Source: Octopus sinensis (lineage: Eukaryota). Taken from it: a stretch of DNA of 64,000 nt. Every line of letters starts with the position of its first letter. Within the stretch, counting starts at the first letter, position 1. A program made the translations under genes and the position numbers. Under the pieces are notes generated by a model, which was not told where the DNA came from, ran no database searches, and saw only the letters and a list, made by a program, of their open reading frames with translations. The stretch spans positions 20,274,001 through 20,338,000 of the forward strand of contig NC_043015.1 in the NCBI RefSeq assembly GCF_006345805.1, written 5' to 3'. This document shows positions 11,960-26,085 of this stretch, in pieces.

Positions 11960-12869
11960 TATATGTATATCAGTAGCAACTCCAGCAATTCGATCAGGTG
12001 TGGGTTATGCAACCTACTAGAAATACCAGCCAAATTTTCAAGCCTTCCCACCCCCGTACAACCTTTGAGAATAGGAAGGACACGATAAGTTATGTAGACC
12101 TAAATAACAATATGTCTGAATAAAAGACGATGGAATTATGGTTAGTTATTACTGGAATTGCTTTTCATCATAGATTTGTTGAATCCAGCCTGACCTTGGG
12201 CTAAACAACAATAATAACACACCAGCAGCAGTGTCACCTAACGGCAGACGACATATCAGCTAATCAGTTTTAGGGCGGCTGTATCAGAATTCACCAGTAA
12301 AACCTTCACCCAATGGTTGATATATTTAGACGTAGTTTAGCCGCCGTAACTGCTGAAAACATCTGCGAGATTCCTCATGGTTATAAACAGCACCATTCTA
12401 ACCATGAAAAATGCTTTTGTGCTATTTTTGCGCAACAGTTGAGCTACCCTGTGGTGAGATGGGACATTTTTTCTTCATTTGAGCTAATATTAGGGGGAAA
12501 TTCTCGACTACTCTATCTACTTACCTATTTGTTCGCATATCTATCTGTCTGCCAGTCTGTCTTCGTCTGTCTGTCTGTCTACGTCTTTCGTACCGACGTA
12601 TATTTCTGAGAACCACTTCTACGAAAAAATTCGTACGTATTGACAATATACAAAGATGCTCTCCCTCTCTCTCTCTCCCTCCCCCTCTCTCTCTCACACA
12701 CACACAAGCACACACGCACATACATTTCTTATGGTGTCAACTTTGCCTTTCATTCTTCCGGAGTCAATGAAATATCGGTCCAGAATTGAGATGGATATTA
12801 TCCATTCATCCTTCCCCTCCATCAAATATCTGGGCGTGTGCTTCTGTTAATAGTAAAGGACGATTGAAT

Positions 12870-13065
12870 GGTAGAATGATTTAGAGAGTTGAGCAAAAAT
12901 TCATTGCGGCGGCATTTGTTTCGGTACTTTCTGTTTTGAGATCAAACCTTACTGAGGTCAGCTTTGTGTTTCATCTTTTCGTGGCCGATAAAAATAAAAT
13001 ACCAGTCGAATACTGGTGTCGATGGTATCGACTACTTCCCCTCCCCTCAAAATGTCTGGCCTTAG
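12870..13065 (+). mobile_element. SINE family B (decayed)
   Basis: ...GAGGTCAGCTTTGTGTTTCATCTTTTCGTGGCCGATAAAAATAAAATACCAGT...TACTGGTGTCGAT. Confidence 0.65.
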
Positions 13066-13287
13066 TTTTTTTTTTTTTCATTTGTTGTTTTCGTTCAAAT
13101 TAAGAAGATTCTGTGGTGTTTTCTCATATTTTGATAACCAATGCTGTCAACACGTGCAGTGATGACGTCTGCCTTAAACTTATCTGTTACCATAACAACC
13201 AGACTAATGTTTGCCATTGTGTGTCCAAGTACACAAATACACCTACATCCACCCACACACATGCATATACACAGGCAAACACAAACC

Positions 13288-13322
<35 letters not shown>

Positions 13323-13449
13323 TCGGGGTCGCTGATTCTGAAAACAGCACTAATTAATTAAGTAATGAGCTGCTATTTTGATAGAATAACTGTATCGATG
13401 CTATTAATATATTTGCTATTGAAACAACCACATTATTCAATCAGTTTAC

Positions 13450-13575
13450 TGTAGCGGAATCGTTAGTGTGTCGGAAAAGTGTACTTCCTGTCTTTTGTTT
13501 TGGTTCTTAACGCTCTGAGTTCTAATCCTACCGAAGTCAACATTACTTTTCATCCTCTCGAAATCGATAAATAAT
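13450..13575 (+). mobile_element. SINE family B (partial)
   Basis: GGAATCGTTAG...CTGAGTTCTAATCCTACCGAAGTCAAC...TTTCATCCTCTCGAAATCGATAAA. Confidence 0.6.
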
Positions 13576-13877
13576 GTAAAGGGTTCACATGCCGTTTACC
13601 GTCGTAAAATGGTGAAAGTAAATTATTCTTAGGAAATAAAATTTTTCTTCCGATAGAAACCGGAAGTGATGACAGAGACATCCTGTAATTTCATATATGC
13701 ACCATGTGACGTATGAATGTATCCAGCACATAAATGTACATAGATTTTAATATAACATGAAAACCGTACACATGTTTTATATAAGATGAAAACAATCAGA
13801 TTTACGGGAATCATAACAGCCATTGATGCACGAAATGAGATTCGTAAATAGTTTTTCACCATTTCTAAATTTGTCTC

Positions 13878-13977
13878 NNNNNNNNNNNNNNNNNNNNNNN
13901 NNNNNNNNNNNNNNNNNNNNNNNNNNNNNNNNNNNNNNNNNNNNNNNNNNNNNNNNNNNNNNNNNNNNNNNNNNNNN
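13878..13977. other. assembly gap (100 N)
   Basis: Exactly 100 Ns; true size unknown, contiguity across it not guaranteed. Confidence 0.99.
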
Positions 13978-14409
13978 TCTAATACATTCCGACGGACAAA
14001 CGAGTCTTTTGATAGCTCTTCCCTGGTTAAAGATAGCCATGGCATGGCACGACATGGCGTTGGTACACGTTTCTTCATTTTGAGGTTGGTTAAAAATTTA
14101 CGAATATCTGAGAACCTTTGAGTCTTATAGCTTCTTGGACGGCAATTTATGCGAGTCGAAAACTGTCTAGAAGCCCATCCTTTTTGGGGGGACAGGCTTT
14201 GTCCTGAGGTAGATTTAATATACATCGCTCTGTTTAACATCAGCACTATACTACCGACACATACACACACAAGTTACGTTGACGTCATTATTTTAAAGAA
14301 ACCCTAAGAACAACAACGCAACATTTACTGATCGCACGGCTCAATATCGAAAGTAGAGTCAAATTAATTGCAACGTTCCTGTTGACTGGGAGTTCAGATT
14401 GCGCCTTAG

Positions 14410-14552
<143 letters not shown>

Positions 14553-14753
14553 TCCTCAGGTGCACGCACACAATGAAATGAGATTTTTCTGGGATTTAGT
14601 TTCTGACTGAATAGACCATCAAGCGAAGCTTGAAGTCGTTAGTGAAAATAGATCTTATAATAAATTTGACTCTACTTGTCTTTTATAAATCTCCCATAAG
14701 TAAACATTCTGCTTTATTTTAAAAATTCTTTTAAATAGCAACCCTAATCCGAC

Positions 14754-14836
<83 letters not shown>

Positions 14837-15051
14837 TGTAATGAACGAAGCATTTGTATTTATGACCGCACAGTGGCAGAATGAGACCCACTTCGCTATA
14901 CCGAATCTATTCCATAATCTCCGCAGACTTTTTTTAAAAAGAAAAATCCAAGTAGTAGGGATGATTCGCTCGATTAAACCCCTTTAAAGCGGTGCTACAG
15001 TATGGCCGTAGTCCAATAACTGAAGCACATAACTATGTATGTGTCTGTGTG

Positions 15052-15090
<39 letters not shown>

Positions 15091-15096
15091 TATATA

Positions 15097-15486
15097 CTCT
15101 TTTATTTCAGTCATTTGACTGCGGCCATACCGCCGTTAGTCGAACACTTTGACCCCCAAGACATTCTGTTGTAAGCTTGGTACTTATTCTATCGGTGTCT
15201 TTGGTCGAACCGCCAAGTTACGGGAACGAAAACAAACCAACATCGGTTGTCAAGCGATGGAGGCGGGGCAACACACACAGACACACAAACATGCATACAC
15301 ACAAACACACACTTATATATACGACAGGCTACTTTCAGTTTCCGTTTACCAAACCCACTCACAAGGCTTTGTTCAGCGCGAGGCTATAGCAGAAGACACT
15401 TGCCCAAGGTACCACGCAGTGGGACTGAATCAGGAACCATGTGGCTGTTAAGCAAGCTACTTACCACACAGCCACGCCTGCGCCTA
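15097..15486 (-). mobile_element. tRNA-derived SINE family A (internal microsatellite, LINE-like tail)
   Basis: Minus strand GGCTGTGTGGTAAGTAGCTTGCTT...CTTGGGCAAGTGTCTTCTGCTATAGC...ACGGAAACTGAAAG...GCCGCAGTCAAATGACTGAAA. Confidence 0.85.
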
Positions 15487-15879
15487 TAAGTACTATATAT
15501 ATAATGTGTGTGTGTGTGTGTGTGTGTACAGACTTTTCTAAATTATTATCGACGGGGAGGTCAGACAGACTGGAAAACAGAAAAAAATTAAAGAGGCTAG
15601 GAATGAACTCGACCACCATAGACAAATGGAGGTAATCAATGTATTGATGCTGAGAAAAATACTGAGAAATCAAATTTGTCTCGTAAATTATCAACGCGAT
15701 TCGTCAGCTTTTCTCTTGCTGGAAGCCAGCACGTGCACAAATTAGTATGATTACTTTGCGATTTGATGGAATCGCTAAAAGTTCGCTAAGTTACCGGAGA
15801 GACTACATAACCATGATGGGTCTGAAACGAAAGGTGAAACGATCAAGAGGTTCTTTTTTGAAGAAGTAATAATAATAAT

Positions 15880-16093
15880 GGTTTCGAATTTTGGCACAGC
15901 GCCAGTAATTTCGTGAGAGAGGGTAAGTGGATTACATCGACCTCAGTGGTTAACTGGTACTTATTTTATCGGCCTCGAAAGGATGACAGTTAAAGTCTAC
16001 CTCGGCGGAATTTAAACTCAGAATGTAAATACGGACGAAATGCCGCTAAGCATTTTGTCCGGCGTGCTAACAATTCTACCAGCTCACCGCCTT
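15880..16093 (-). mobile_element. SINE family B
   Basis: Minus strand AAGGCGGTGAGCTGGTAGAATTGTTAGCACGCCGGACAAAATGCTTAGCGG...CTGAGTTTAAATTCCGCCGAGG. Confidence 0.85.
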
Positions 16094-16109
16094 GATAATG
16101 ATAATAAGA

Positions 16110-16240
16110 ATGGTTTCAAATGTTGACACAAGGCCAGCAATTCTGGTGGTAGGTGTTAAGTCAATTACATCGACCTCAGTATTCTACTGGTATTTATTTT
16201 ATCGACCCCGAAAGGATGAAGTGCAAAATCGATCTCAATG
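16110..16240 (-). mobile_element. SINE family B (head-less)
   Basis: CGACCTCAGT...CTGGTATTTATTTTATCGACCCCGAAAGGATGAAG. Confidence 0.75.
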
Positions 16241-16258
16241 AATAATAATAATAATAAT

Positions 16259-16314
<56 letters not shown>

Positions 16315-16332
16315 TAATAATAATAATAATAA
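16241..16332. repeat. (AAT)n microsatellite
   Basis: Direct reading. Confidence 0.95.
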
Positions 16333-16334
16333 CC

Positions 16335-16533
16335 CTTTCTATTGGAGGCACAAGGCCTCAAATTTTGGGGGAGGGGGCTAGTCGATTACAACAACCCAAG
16401 TGTTTATCGACCCTGAAAGGATAAATGGCAAAGTCGACCTCGGCGGAATTTGAACTTAGAAATGTAGCGACGGACGAAATACCGTTATGCAATTCACCCA
16501 CCGTGCTAACGATTCTGCCAATTTGCCGCCTTA
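16335..16533 (-). mobile_element. SINE family B
   Basis: ...AAAGTCGACCTCGGCGGAATTTGAAC...GCTAACGATTCTGCCAATTTGCCGCCTT. Confidence 0.85.
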
Positions 16534-16807
16534 AATAATAATAATAACGGTTGCTTTTAATGTCGTGTGAAAAGTGGGGGCTACAGAAAGGCAAGACACG
16601 GTATGAGCACAAAACACAGGGAGTGGCAGAGTAGGTGGCCTGCAAATTCCCGTGGGATTTTCCAATTCTAACGGACCAGAAACTCGAACAGAGTAAGCCA
16701 CACCTAGTGGTGGTGGGTAAAGTAAACCACATGCGCTCTGTAGTTGATGTTGCATGCTGCTTTGAACCACGAATAGTCAAAAAAGCAGGCGAATATATAC
16801 ATATATT

Positions 16808-17032
16808 AAGGCGGCGAACTGGCAAAAACGTTAACACGCTGGGCAAAATGGTTAGTGGTATTTCGTGTGTCTTTACGTTCTGAGTTCAAATTCCGCCGAG
16901 GTCGACTTTGCTATTCATCCTTTCGGAGTCGATAAATTAAGTACCAGTTGCTTACTAGGGTCGATCTATTGACTGGCTCCCTCCCCCCAAAATTCAGGTC
17001 TTGCGCCTAGAGTACAAAAGAATATATATATG
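16808..17032 (+). mobile_element. SINE family B, full length
   Basis: AAGGCGGCGAACTGGCAAAAACGTTAAC...GAGTTCAAATTCCGCCGAGGTCGACTTTGCTATTCATCCTTTCGGAGTCGATAAATTAAGTACCAG. Confidence 0.88.
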
Positions 17033-17100
<68 letters not shown>

Positions 17101-17147
17101 ATAATACACTTATATAAAAGAATATATGATATATACACACATATATA

Positions 17148-17326
17148 TATTTCGTCTGTCGTTACGTTCTGAGTTCAAATTCCATCGAGGTCGACTTTGC
17201 CTTTCATCCTTTTGGGGTCTATAAATAAAGTACCAGTTTCGCACTGGGTCGATGTAATCGACTTAATCCGTTTGTCTGTCCTTGTTTGTCCCCTCTACGT
17301 TTAGCCACTTGTGGGCAGTAAAGAAA
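17148..17326 (+). mobile_element. SINE family B variant (5' part lost)
   Basis: TTACGTTCTGAGTTCAAATTCCATCGAGGTCGACTTTGCCTTTCATCC. Confidence 0.8.
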
Positions 17327-17344
17327 TATATATATATATAGTTG

Positions 17345-17945
17345 AAATTTACAGAAAACAAAAGACGGAGAGAGATGTAGGAACAACATGCTGGTGTATT
17401 AGTTTAACACTCGGGAAAAATGGAAAAGTCTTTTACGTTTCGAGCCGACACTCTTCGATAGAAAGGAATAAGATATGGGAAAATGGAGAGAATGAAAAAC
17501 CGGAGAGAGAAAAATATGCAGAGTTCAACAGTCCGACATGGTTAGATGACTGGAAAAAAATAGGCTGAATGAAAGCGAGATAATAACGGTAACGGCGACA
17601 CCCAACGAACTAAGGCGCGCAAGTGTGTGTGTGTGTGTGTGTGTGTATCTGTGACCAAACCGTGTGCATGTGTATGGTGTATATATGTGGGCGAATGTTA
17701 TCTCTGTCTATGTATGTATGTTGCGTGTGTTAAGGCGAGTTGCGTGCGTATGTATATACAGCTTGTGTTCAGGTGTTATATGCTTGTGTAGGTGTTGGAG
17801 TGTGCATGATGGTGTGTTGTGTGTGTACTGAGTTAAACAGTGTGTGTGGCTGCTCATATAGTGGTATGTGTGGTGACGCTACTAAAGATTGCGTGTGGGT
17901 GTGTGGATAATGGTGTGTGGCGTGGGTGCTGAGAGATGTGTGGTC
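17345..17945 (-). mobile_element. repeat family E copy
   Basis: Reverse complement matches 10750-10790 and 10848-10872; GT-rich body is the complement of the CA-rich body. Confidence 0.6.
17429..17466 (-). ncRNA. hammerhead-like motif, core mutated (CTATCGA)
   Basis: Minus strand CCTTT-CTATCGA-A-GAGT-GTCG-GCTC-GAAA-CG-T-A-AAAGA. Confidence 0.35.
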
Positions 17946-17946
17946 A

Positions 17947-18002
<56 letters not shown>

Positions 18003-18019
18003 TACCCCCTCTTATATAC

Positions 18020-18315
18020 GTGTTAGCTCGACTATGGAAAATGAAGAATGTGAAGGTTGCCAATTATTGTTGGATCTTTGAAGGCTGTATCAAAAGACAT
18101 TGACAGGTATATAAAGAAAAGGGGAATAGAGTGCTCAGTCAAACTGTTACAAAAGGCCTGCCTCCTTGGTATGACCAGAATAATCAGAAAAGTATTAAAG
18201 AGTAGAAAAGAACGAATAACATGGTACCGTAGGCCACAGGTAGCAATCCCGCTACGCATGCAAGACTTAAAGAATTCCAAGAAAAACTGAGCCAAAAGAC
18301 TGATCATGATGATGA
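18020..18315 (+). mobile_element. 3' end of R4/Dong-like non-LTR retrotransposon
   Basis: ...LWKMKNVK...PIIVGSLKAVSKDIDRYIKKRGIECSVKLLQKACLLGMTRIIRKVL (C-terminal RLE-region signature) followed by an (ATG)n tail; abuts (TA)n. Confidence 0.75.
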
Positions 18316-18530
18316 TTTTGAATTTTGGCACAAGGCCCACAGTTTTGGTAGCTAACCGCTCAGTCAATTATATCGACCTCCGGTACGCAATTTGTACTAT
18401 ATTTTATCGGCTCCGAATGTATGGAAGGCAAAGTTGATTTCGGTGAGATTTGATTCCACAACGTAAAGACGCGTAACTAAATTCCGACAGAAGTTATTTC
18501 CGACGCTCTAAATATTCTGCCAATTCAACA
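18316..18530 (-). mobile_element. SINE family B (decayed)
   Basis: TTTTGGCACAAGGCC...ATTTTATCGGCTCCGAATGTATGGAAGGCAAAGTTGATTTCGG...ATTCTGCCAA. Confidence 0.75.
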
Positions 18531-19279
18531 TACCCTAAAAATGATGATGATGATGATGACGTCATCATTAGGGAATAGGATTATACTTTTCGTTCATTAT
18601 CACCCAAGTAACACTCAATAAGTAAATAAACTCTCACTTGTAATTATATTGTTTCGGAGAAGCATTGGAGTGAAGTTCTTGTTGGCAGCAACGCACAACA
18701 CAACGCACAACACAACGCACACACACTTGATCGAGTTGAACATTATACACACCGCTAGATATTGCTCGCTTGGAAGTGACGGTTGTTTATTACCTATCTG
18801 TCTGTCTGTCTCTCTCTGTCTCTGTCTGTCTGTCTGTCTCTCTCTCGCCACGTTTCTATTGTATATCAACCACCCCCATCCTTCGTATCTACAGCCAGCC
18901 GTCAGTTAAGCGACCACCTAACCTCCAATTTCTCTATTGAATTAAAACCGACCGATATTTAGACAGTTTTAGCGAATTTGATTTATCTTACAAGACTCAA
19001 GTTGTTTATACTTGACAAAACTGTCTAATCAGAGTCTATACAAACAGACAACCACAAACGCACGCATCCATACCGACATACATATACACATACCATGCAT
19101 ACATGCATACACACACACATATATACCATACATACATATCTATGCACACTTATATACACGTTTGTTATTTGTAAGCAAAATATACAAACACACAAATGAA
19201 CACATCAGTGTATGTGTGTGCGTGCGCGCATACACACACACATACGTATTTGTGTATGTATGTAACCACATATTGACTC

Positions 19280-19311
<32 letters not shown>

Positions 19312-21344
19312 TTGTCTACGAGTATTTAGAAATATAATTACATATGTAATTATATATATATACACACATAAGTACATATGTAATTACGCACACTTATGTA
19401 TTTATTCATACACACGCACACATGTTCCCCCCTCCTACACATATATTTTAATTACTGGTCAATTTAATGTCTGATTTTTGTCTTTTTGAATTTTAATTGA
19501 GACTCTTTGTCTCATAACCTTGTATGTTTGAAGAATTTCTGAAATTAGCCTTTATGTGTGTGTCGCTCTCTGTCATTGTGTGTGTGTGTGTGTGTGTCTG
19601 TGTGTGTGTGCGTGTGTGTGTGTGTGTGTATGTGTGTGCGTGTGTTGTGTGTGTGTGTACGTGCGTGCGAGTTAGTTTGAAGAGATCGGATGCAATGCTT
19701 TGCAGTAATAGTTCGATCTCTATGCGCTCTGAATTCAAATGTCGCACGCCTCAACTTTGCTTTTCATCCTTTTTTCTTTGGTGGTGGTCGTGACGGTGAT
19801 GGTGTTTGGAGCGGGAATCGGTATATTTCAAAGCTGTAGTAGAGAATTAGTGGAAGAGATTCTGCCCCTTACAGTTTAAAATGACAGCAAATTCTTCACA
19901 TTCGATTTCACCCAAATCCTTCGAGTTATGAATTACTAAGTGGCCAGAGTCGAAACATATATAGGTTTTTGGAGTATCTTTTGTATTTAAATTTTCACTT
20001 CAAACTATAATAGAAATAAATTAACTATACATCTTCAGCTCTCCATTTTCTTACATCATTATTATTAATAATACTTTAATACTTATTATGATAATGTATA
20101 ACATATTGTAGAGATTTTCTTCTATGATGGAGATTAAATCAATGGATTTACTAATCCCTAATGAGGACAACGACCTCCGAAATGAATGCATATATATATA
20201 TATATATATATAATATATATATGATATATATATATATATATGCATTTATATATATAAACAGAGACGAGGAACATATATGGATGTGTTTCACAATTTTGGT
20301 TTTGCACCACTAGTATATCATAGTCTTACTTCTTTAACATAGATATGAAAAAAATTAACATTACCTGAAGGATAATTCAGTCTTACGTTGACAAGGACAA
20401 ATAGCTTAATTAAAACGGAAAGGAACTTCAGGAAAAAATAACTGAAAGAAGGTAATGTCATTGATTTTGTATTACAAATGACGGCGGAGGGTTTCCTGTA
20501 TGTCGTACACGATATTAAAATTTTATTCGTGGAACTGACAATAATTTCTAACAACTCTGATGAGAAGTAGAAATCATTTCTAGGAATTTCGAACTACATT
20601 AGAATTAGCATGATTTAGAGAAAAAGAGCATCTGATCTTCTTTCGGAAGATGGTGGTGAGCGATAACTTTGGTTGCGTTTTGCCCTCGGCTTAGCCTCGT
20701 TAGCATAGCATAGTCATTTTCTTCTCAGAAAAGTTATGGACATGTTAACCATTACGGAAAAAGAATAAGACCCTGTTAACCCTGCAAACTTTTCCTCATG
20801 AGAGCGAGAAGAAACTATGAGAAAATAACCAAAAGGGCTACTCGATCCCTCCTGCATCTAAGTAATTCATTCTTGCAATATATTCAAACCTATATCCTAT
20901 AAATGAATGGTAACGTTCCAATAGTAACCGATATCTCGAGATAAAGTTAATCAAAGCCGATATATATATATATTTAATCATCTAAATATACCGGTAATAA
21001 CAGAATCTGTGTTTCATTATTAAAATACATAAGCGAATGGTGCTACAAACTCTGGAATCTCAAACATTCGCGAGTTAAATACACAATAAGAAGCGAGTGA
21101 AGAAGTAAGAAAAAAACAAAATATACTGGAATAAATGGCACGACTAAGAATAAGCACAATTTCAGATTTATACACAGAATATATTTTGGGAATTGAATGG
21201 AGGTGACTTTACATTAAAAGTGGTGTTCTACGTTTTAAGGAGACAAAAACCAAAATTAACTCTTGCAGTATCTACACATTGTTATATGCTATTAATATAT
21301 GATTATTTATGTGCGAATGTACTCGATGTCATAAGATAGAGCTG

Positions 21345-21412
<68 letters not shown>

Positions 21413-21439
21413 CCATGTATGTATATTCATGTGTGCGTG

Positions 21440-21668
21440 TGCCTATATCAAACAAAGATCAAAGGTACACTGCGGATTCTTTGCACATATTCCACGCCAC
21501 ACCGGATGGGACGCTGTTCCGTCGGAGGATTACTGTTTTGACAGGAGAGTGGACAGGGGAAACATGAAATGAAGTGTTTTGCTCAAGAACGCAACGCATC
21601 ACCCGGTTCAGACACTGAACTCAGATTCTTACGATCATGAGTGCAAGACCATAACCACTAAGCCATGA
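21440..21668 (-). mobile_element. tRNA-derived SINE family C
   Basis: Minus strand CATGGCTTAGTGGTTATGGTCTTGCACTCATGATCGTAAG...TTCTTGAGCAAAACACTTCATTTCA; homologous to 47408-47745. Confidence 0.7.
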
Positions 21669-21677
21669 GACTCCACA

Positions 21678-21761
<84 letters not shown>

Positions 21762-21794
21762 CATCCATCCATCCATCCATCCATCCATCCATCC

Positions 21795-21878
<84 letters not shown>

Positions 21879-21923
21879 GCCTATCTATCCGTCTATCTAT
21901 CCGTCTATCTATCCGTCTATCCG

Positions 21924-21957
<34 letters not shown>

Positions 21958-21978
21958 CATCTATCTATCTATCTATCG
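21678..21978. repeat. (ATCT)n/(ATCC)n compound microsatellite
   Basis: Direct reading. Confidence 0.95.
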
Positions 21979-22087
21979 ATATTTTTCTATCTGTCTATCT
22001 GTACATATATGCCTATATATATACACATATATAACGTATATATATAATATATATATATATTATATATATATACACAATATATATGTG

Positions 22088-22154
<67 letters not shown>

Positions 22155-22441
22155 GCATATATACAGGTAAATAACCATACATGTAAAACCATACCTGCCT
22201 GCTCTTTAACTTTCTCTGTCGTGTGTACTCTGCGTAAGTTTGTTCTGCTAATATATGTGTGGATATTCCTATATACAAACATATGCATGCATGTAAATAT
22301 GTCTGAATATATACATACATATATACATACATACATAGTTATATATCTATCTATCTTCTATCTATCTATATCTAGATATATATCTAAGATATATATATAT
22401 ATATATATATACATATATATATTATATCTATTACTTTTTGT

Positions 22442-22826
22442 TCTTTTACTTGTTTGCTTCAGTCATTTGACTGCGGCAATGATGGAGCACCGTCTTTAGT
22501 CGAACAAACTGAACCTAGGACTTAGTCTTTGTAAGCCTAGTACTTATTCTATCGGCCTCTCATGCGAAACTGCTAAGTTGCGGGGACGTCAACACACCAA
22601 TATCTATTGTCAAGCAATGGTTGGGGGCAAATATATATATATACACACACACACACACATATATATACGACGGACTTCTTTCAATTTCCGTCTACCAAAT
22701 CGACTCACAATGCTTTGGTCGGCCTGAGGCTATAGTAGAAGACACTTGCTCAAGGTGCCACGCAGTAGGACTGAACCCGGGACAATGTGGTAGGGATGCA
22801 AGCCTCTTACCACATAGCCATTCCTG
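22442..22826 (-). mobile_element. SINE family A
   Basis: CAGTCATTTGACTGCGGCAATGATGGAGCACCG...GACACTTGCTCAAGGTGCCACGCAGTAGGACTGAACCCGG...CTTACCACATAGCC. Confidence 0.85.
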
Positions 22827-22849
22827 TATATATATATATATATATATAT

Positions 22850-22938
22850 TATATAAAAGGGCTTAGTAAAATAAATTACTTTGCCGCATACTGAACTCAT
22901 TAGAAAAAGTAATTTATTTTACTAAGCCCTTTTATATA
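22850..22938. mobile_element. very short MITE-like inverted-repeat element
   Basis: 33-bp arms TATATAAAAGGGCTTAGTAAAATAAATTACTTT / AAAGTAATTTATTTTACTAAGCCCTTTTATATA around a 23-bp spacer, in TA context. Confidence 0.65.
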
Positions 22939-23035
22939 ATGTAATAATTTGAATTCGCCTTAAATGGTCCCTTTGCATACTGAATACTTGGTGAAATTGA
23001 TTAATTAATTAATTTTACCCTCAATTGTTGAAATT

Positions 23036-23066
<31 letters not shown>

Positions 23067-24011
23067 TATATAACAAAATAAAAAAAAGGGAGAAATCACC
23101 TTAATCAATAACAACTACCAGATAATACCCAATCACATAATTTCGTTACGGTTGGTTCATTAAGGTATAGAGGGAAAAATAACGAAAGATCACACGTACA
23201 TCGATTACTTGAGAATGCCGTTTCTAGATTAGTTGAATATAAAGATCGACATTTCCTTCGTCAGCTCAAGATTTCTTTAGATTTGGATTATATATATATA
23301 TAAACTCACGTATGTTATTTCATTTTCTGTCTTATTTATGAGAATTCTTCCTAGAAGGAATGTTCTGGTTTCTGACTCAGTTACAAAGCGCAAATCTGCA
23401 TCATTAGAATTTGCATATCAACAGTGATAAGTGTTACAGGCTGAACTTTCAATAAACAAAAAAAAAAAAAACCCAACAAAACAAACAAAACTAAAAAAGA
23501 AAAAGAAACCCTTGCATATTTAACGCTGTTCCACTTACAGATTTGTAATTGTAATGTAGGAGTTAGCAGTTTATTTTCCTGGCCTGAAAACCTTAGCTTT
23601 TCCAGATTGTCACTTAGTCATTTATTAATATAACCAAGTGCGCCAATAATTATTGGTGTTAAAGTGAATTCGTACCGATATATATATATATATATTGATA
23701 ATGGATGCGATGCACTTATGGCCTATTCTGTTTCTCACTGTAGTTACACAGATGTATAGGTGAATGCGTGGCTGTAGTTATGAGTCTGTCTGTGTATTTA
23801 TCGGTGTGCCTGTTGCATTGCATTATTCACATGTGCATTAGAAAAAAGGCAATATATCAATGTATTTTAGTGTTAATGCCAGCTGTCCCATAAGTAATAT
23901 AAACACGTAGCATTAATATACTGTTAAAAATCTGCTTCACTCCTGGGACACTTGATAGCAGTGAAAATAATGTATAAATATATGCATGTACTAATATATA
24001 TATATATGTAC

Positions 24012-24057
<46 letters not shown>

Positions 24058-24152
24058 ATATATATATATATATATATATGTGTGTTGTGTGTGTGTGTGT
24101 GTGTGTGGTGTGTGTTGTGTGTGTATGTATGTATACATGCATATATATATAC

Positions 24153-24215
<63 letters not shown>

Positions 24216-25047
24216 TATATATATATATACATATACATATTTGAGTGTAGGTGTAGGTGTATGTGTAAAAATGTGCATAAATATATCTACACCCCCCCGC
24301 ACAAACACACGCATATATATATGCACATACTCGCATATGCATTACAGAATGTTTTTATATTATAAAGAATGTCGGAGTGCGTATGTATATATATATTATA
24401 TATATATATATATGTGTGTGTTTTTAAATAAGTATATGTGCGTTTACGTATATATGTATACATGTACATATGCATATACATACATATATATGCATGTATA
24501 TATATATGCATTTACAACCATGTATACACACATACATTCATACACACACATACATATGCATATGCGCGCGCATATGTGGGTAAAAGCGTATGTGTGCGTT
24601 TGAATAGAAAGCATACAGATACGAAATCCGCTACAAGCAGACATGCGCATTTACACGATCACGTGTCTATATAATTGTATGGATGTGTAACTTTGCGCAC
24701 ACATATATATAAATACAGCTTTAATGTATGCTACTCAGTATACGCACTTCGCAAATACGTGTGTTTATACGCCTATATGCGTGTTTATGCGTATATACGC
24801 TTGTGTGTTCGTTGCTATTTTGAATTCATTGGATGTAAATCACATGGTGCGCTTGTACCCACGGTGAGTGTATACGACTGACACGAACATACATATATAC
24901 ACACACGAACATAGTTTCTAAATTTGCATGTGTGGTGGGTGTATATGGATGTTGATGTAGAATGGCATATAATGTGAAGACCAAAGCATTAAATTAAATA
25001 TATGCAAATCTACGCACACTCACACACACCACCTTCACCCAATGCAC

Positions 25048-25082
<35 letters not shown>

Positions 25083-25135
25083 ATATATATGCTTGCATTA
25101 TACGTGTGTATGTATATATATATATATATATATAG

Positions 25136-25175
<40 letters not shown>

Positions 25176-25510
25176 GTTATGTGTGTAGTATATATATATA
25201 TATATATATATATGTACATATGTATGTTATGTGCGCGCACGTGCGCATACATAAATCTATCTCTTTAAGCCATTAATGTAAACATCCTTTTACATAAACA
25301 GCAGCTATGTAAACATGCGCACTGGCAACTGTACACTGTGTGTATACGTGAGTTTATATACACTCAAATCAATATCTGGTAAACATTTCAGAGATTGTAT
25401 CTTTTCTGATATTGCCTCTATGTGCGTAGTGGGTGAGTGGGTGTATGTATGTATTATATATGCATATATATATTATATATATTATATACATACACATTCA
25501 CACACATATC

Positions 25511-25549
<39 letters not shown>

Positions 25550-25570
25550 ATATATATATATGTGTGTGTT

Positions 25571-25603
<33 letters not shown>

Positions 25604-26085
25604 TATTAATATATATATATATAATATATATGTGTGTGTGTATGTATGTATATATTCATGTGTATTGTGTGTGTGCGCGCCGCGCTTTTCGCTGTCTGCG
25701 AGTGTGTTTCATGAACATGTATGTACACATGAAAACACATACACTTGTATGTGTGTGTATGTATCTGTGTGGAAATGTATTTAGACTACACACACACACA
25801 CACATATACATGAACGGACAGACACGCACGCGCGCACACACACAATATATACATACACCACACTGATGTGCAATATGTGCAATGTAAACAACCCAATTTG
25901 TTTTTATCCAGAGAAGGGCTTTACGTGTTGCAGCTATGGCCACCTCATCTGGTACTTTTCCTCGAATACAGACATTCTAACAGACCCAGTAATCTTATCA
26001 TAACATCGAATTTCGTATCGCGAGACACATTTCCAATTGTCTCCTTTGTTCATCAACTTACATGAAAATAAAACTCAATGACAAT

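Noticed and set aside
20470-20520. Minus-strand VYDIQE / NPP resembling the cadherin DxQDxPPxF linker
   Set aside because: The two halves are in different frames, there is an in-frame stop a few codons upstream, and no acceptor site.
23235-23280. Minus-strand CTGACGAAGG core-like motif
   Set aside because: No stem II partner or GAAA follows; at best a truncated relic.
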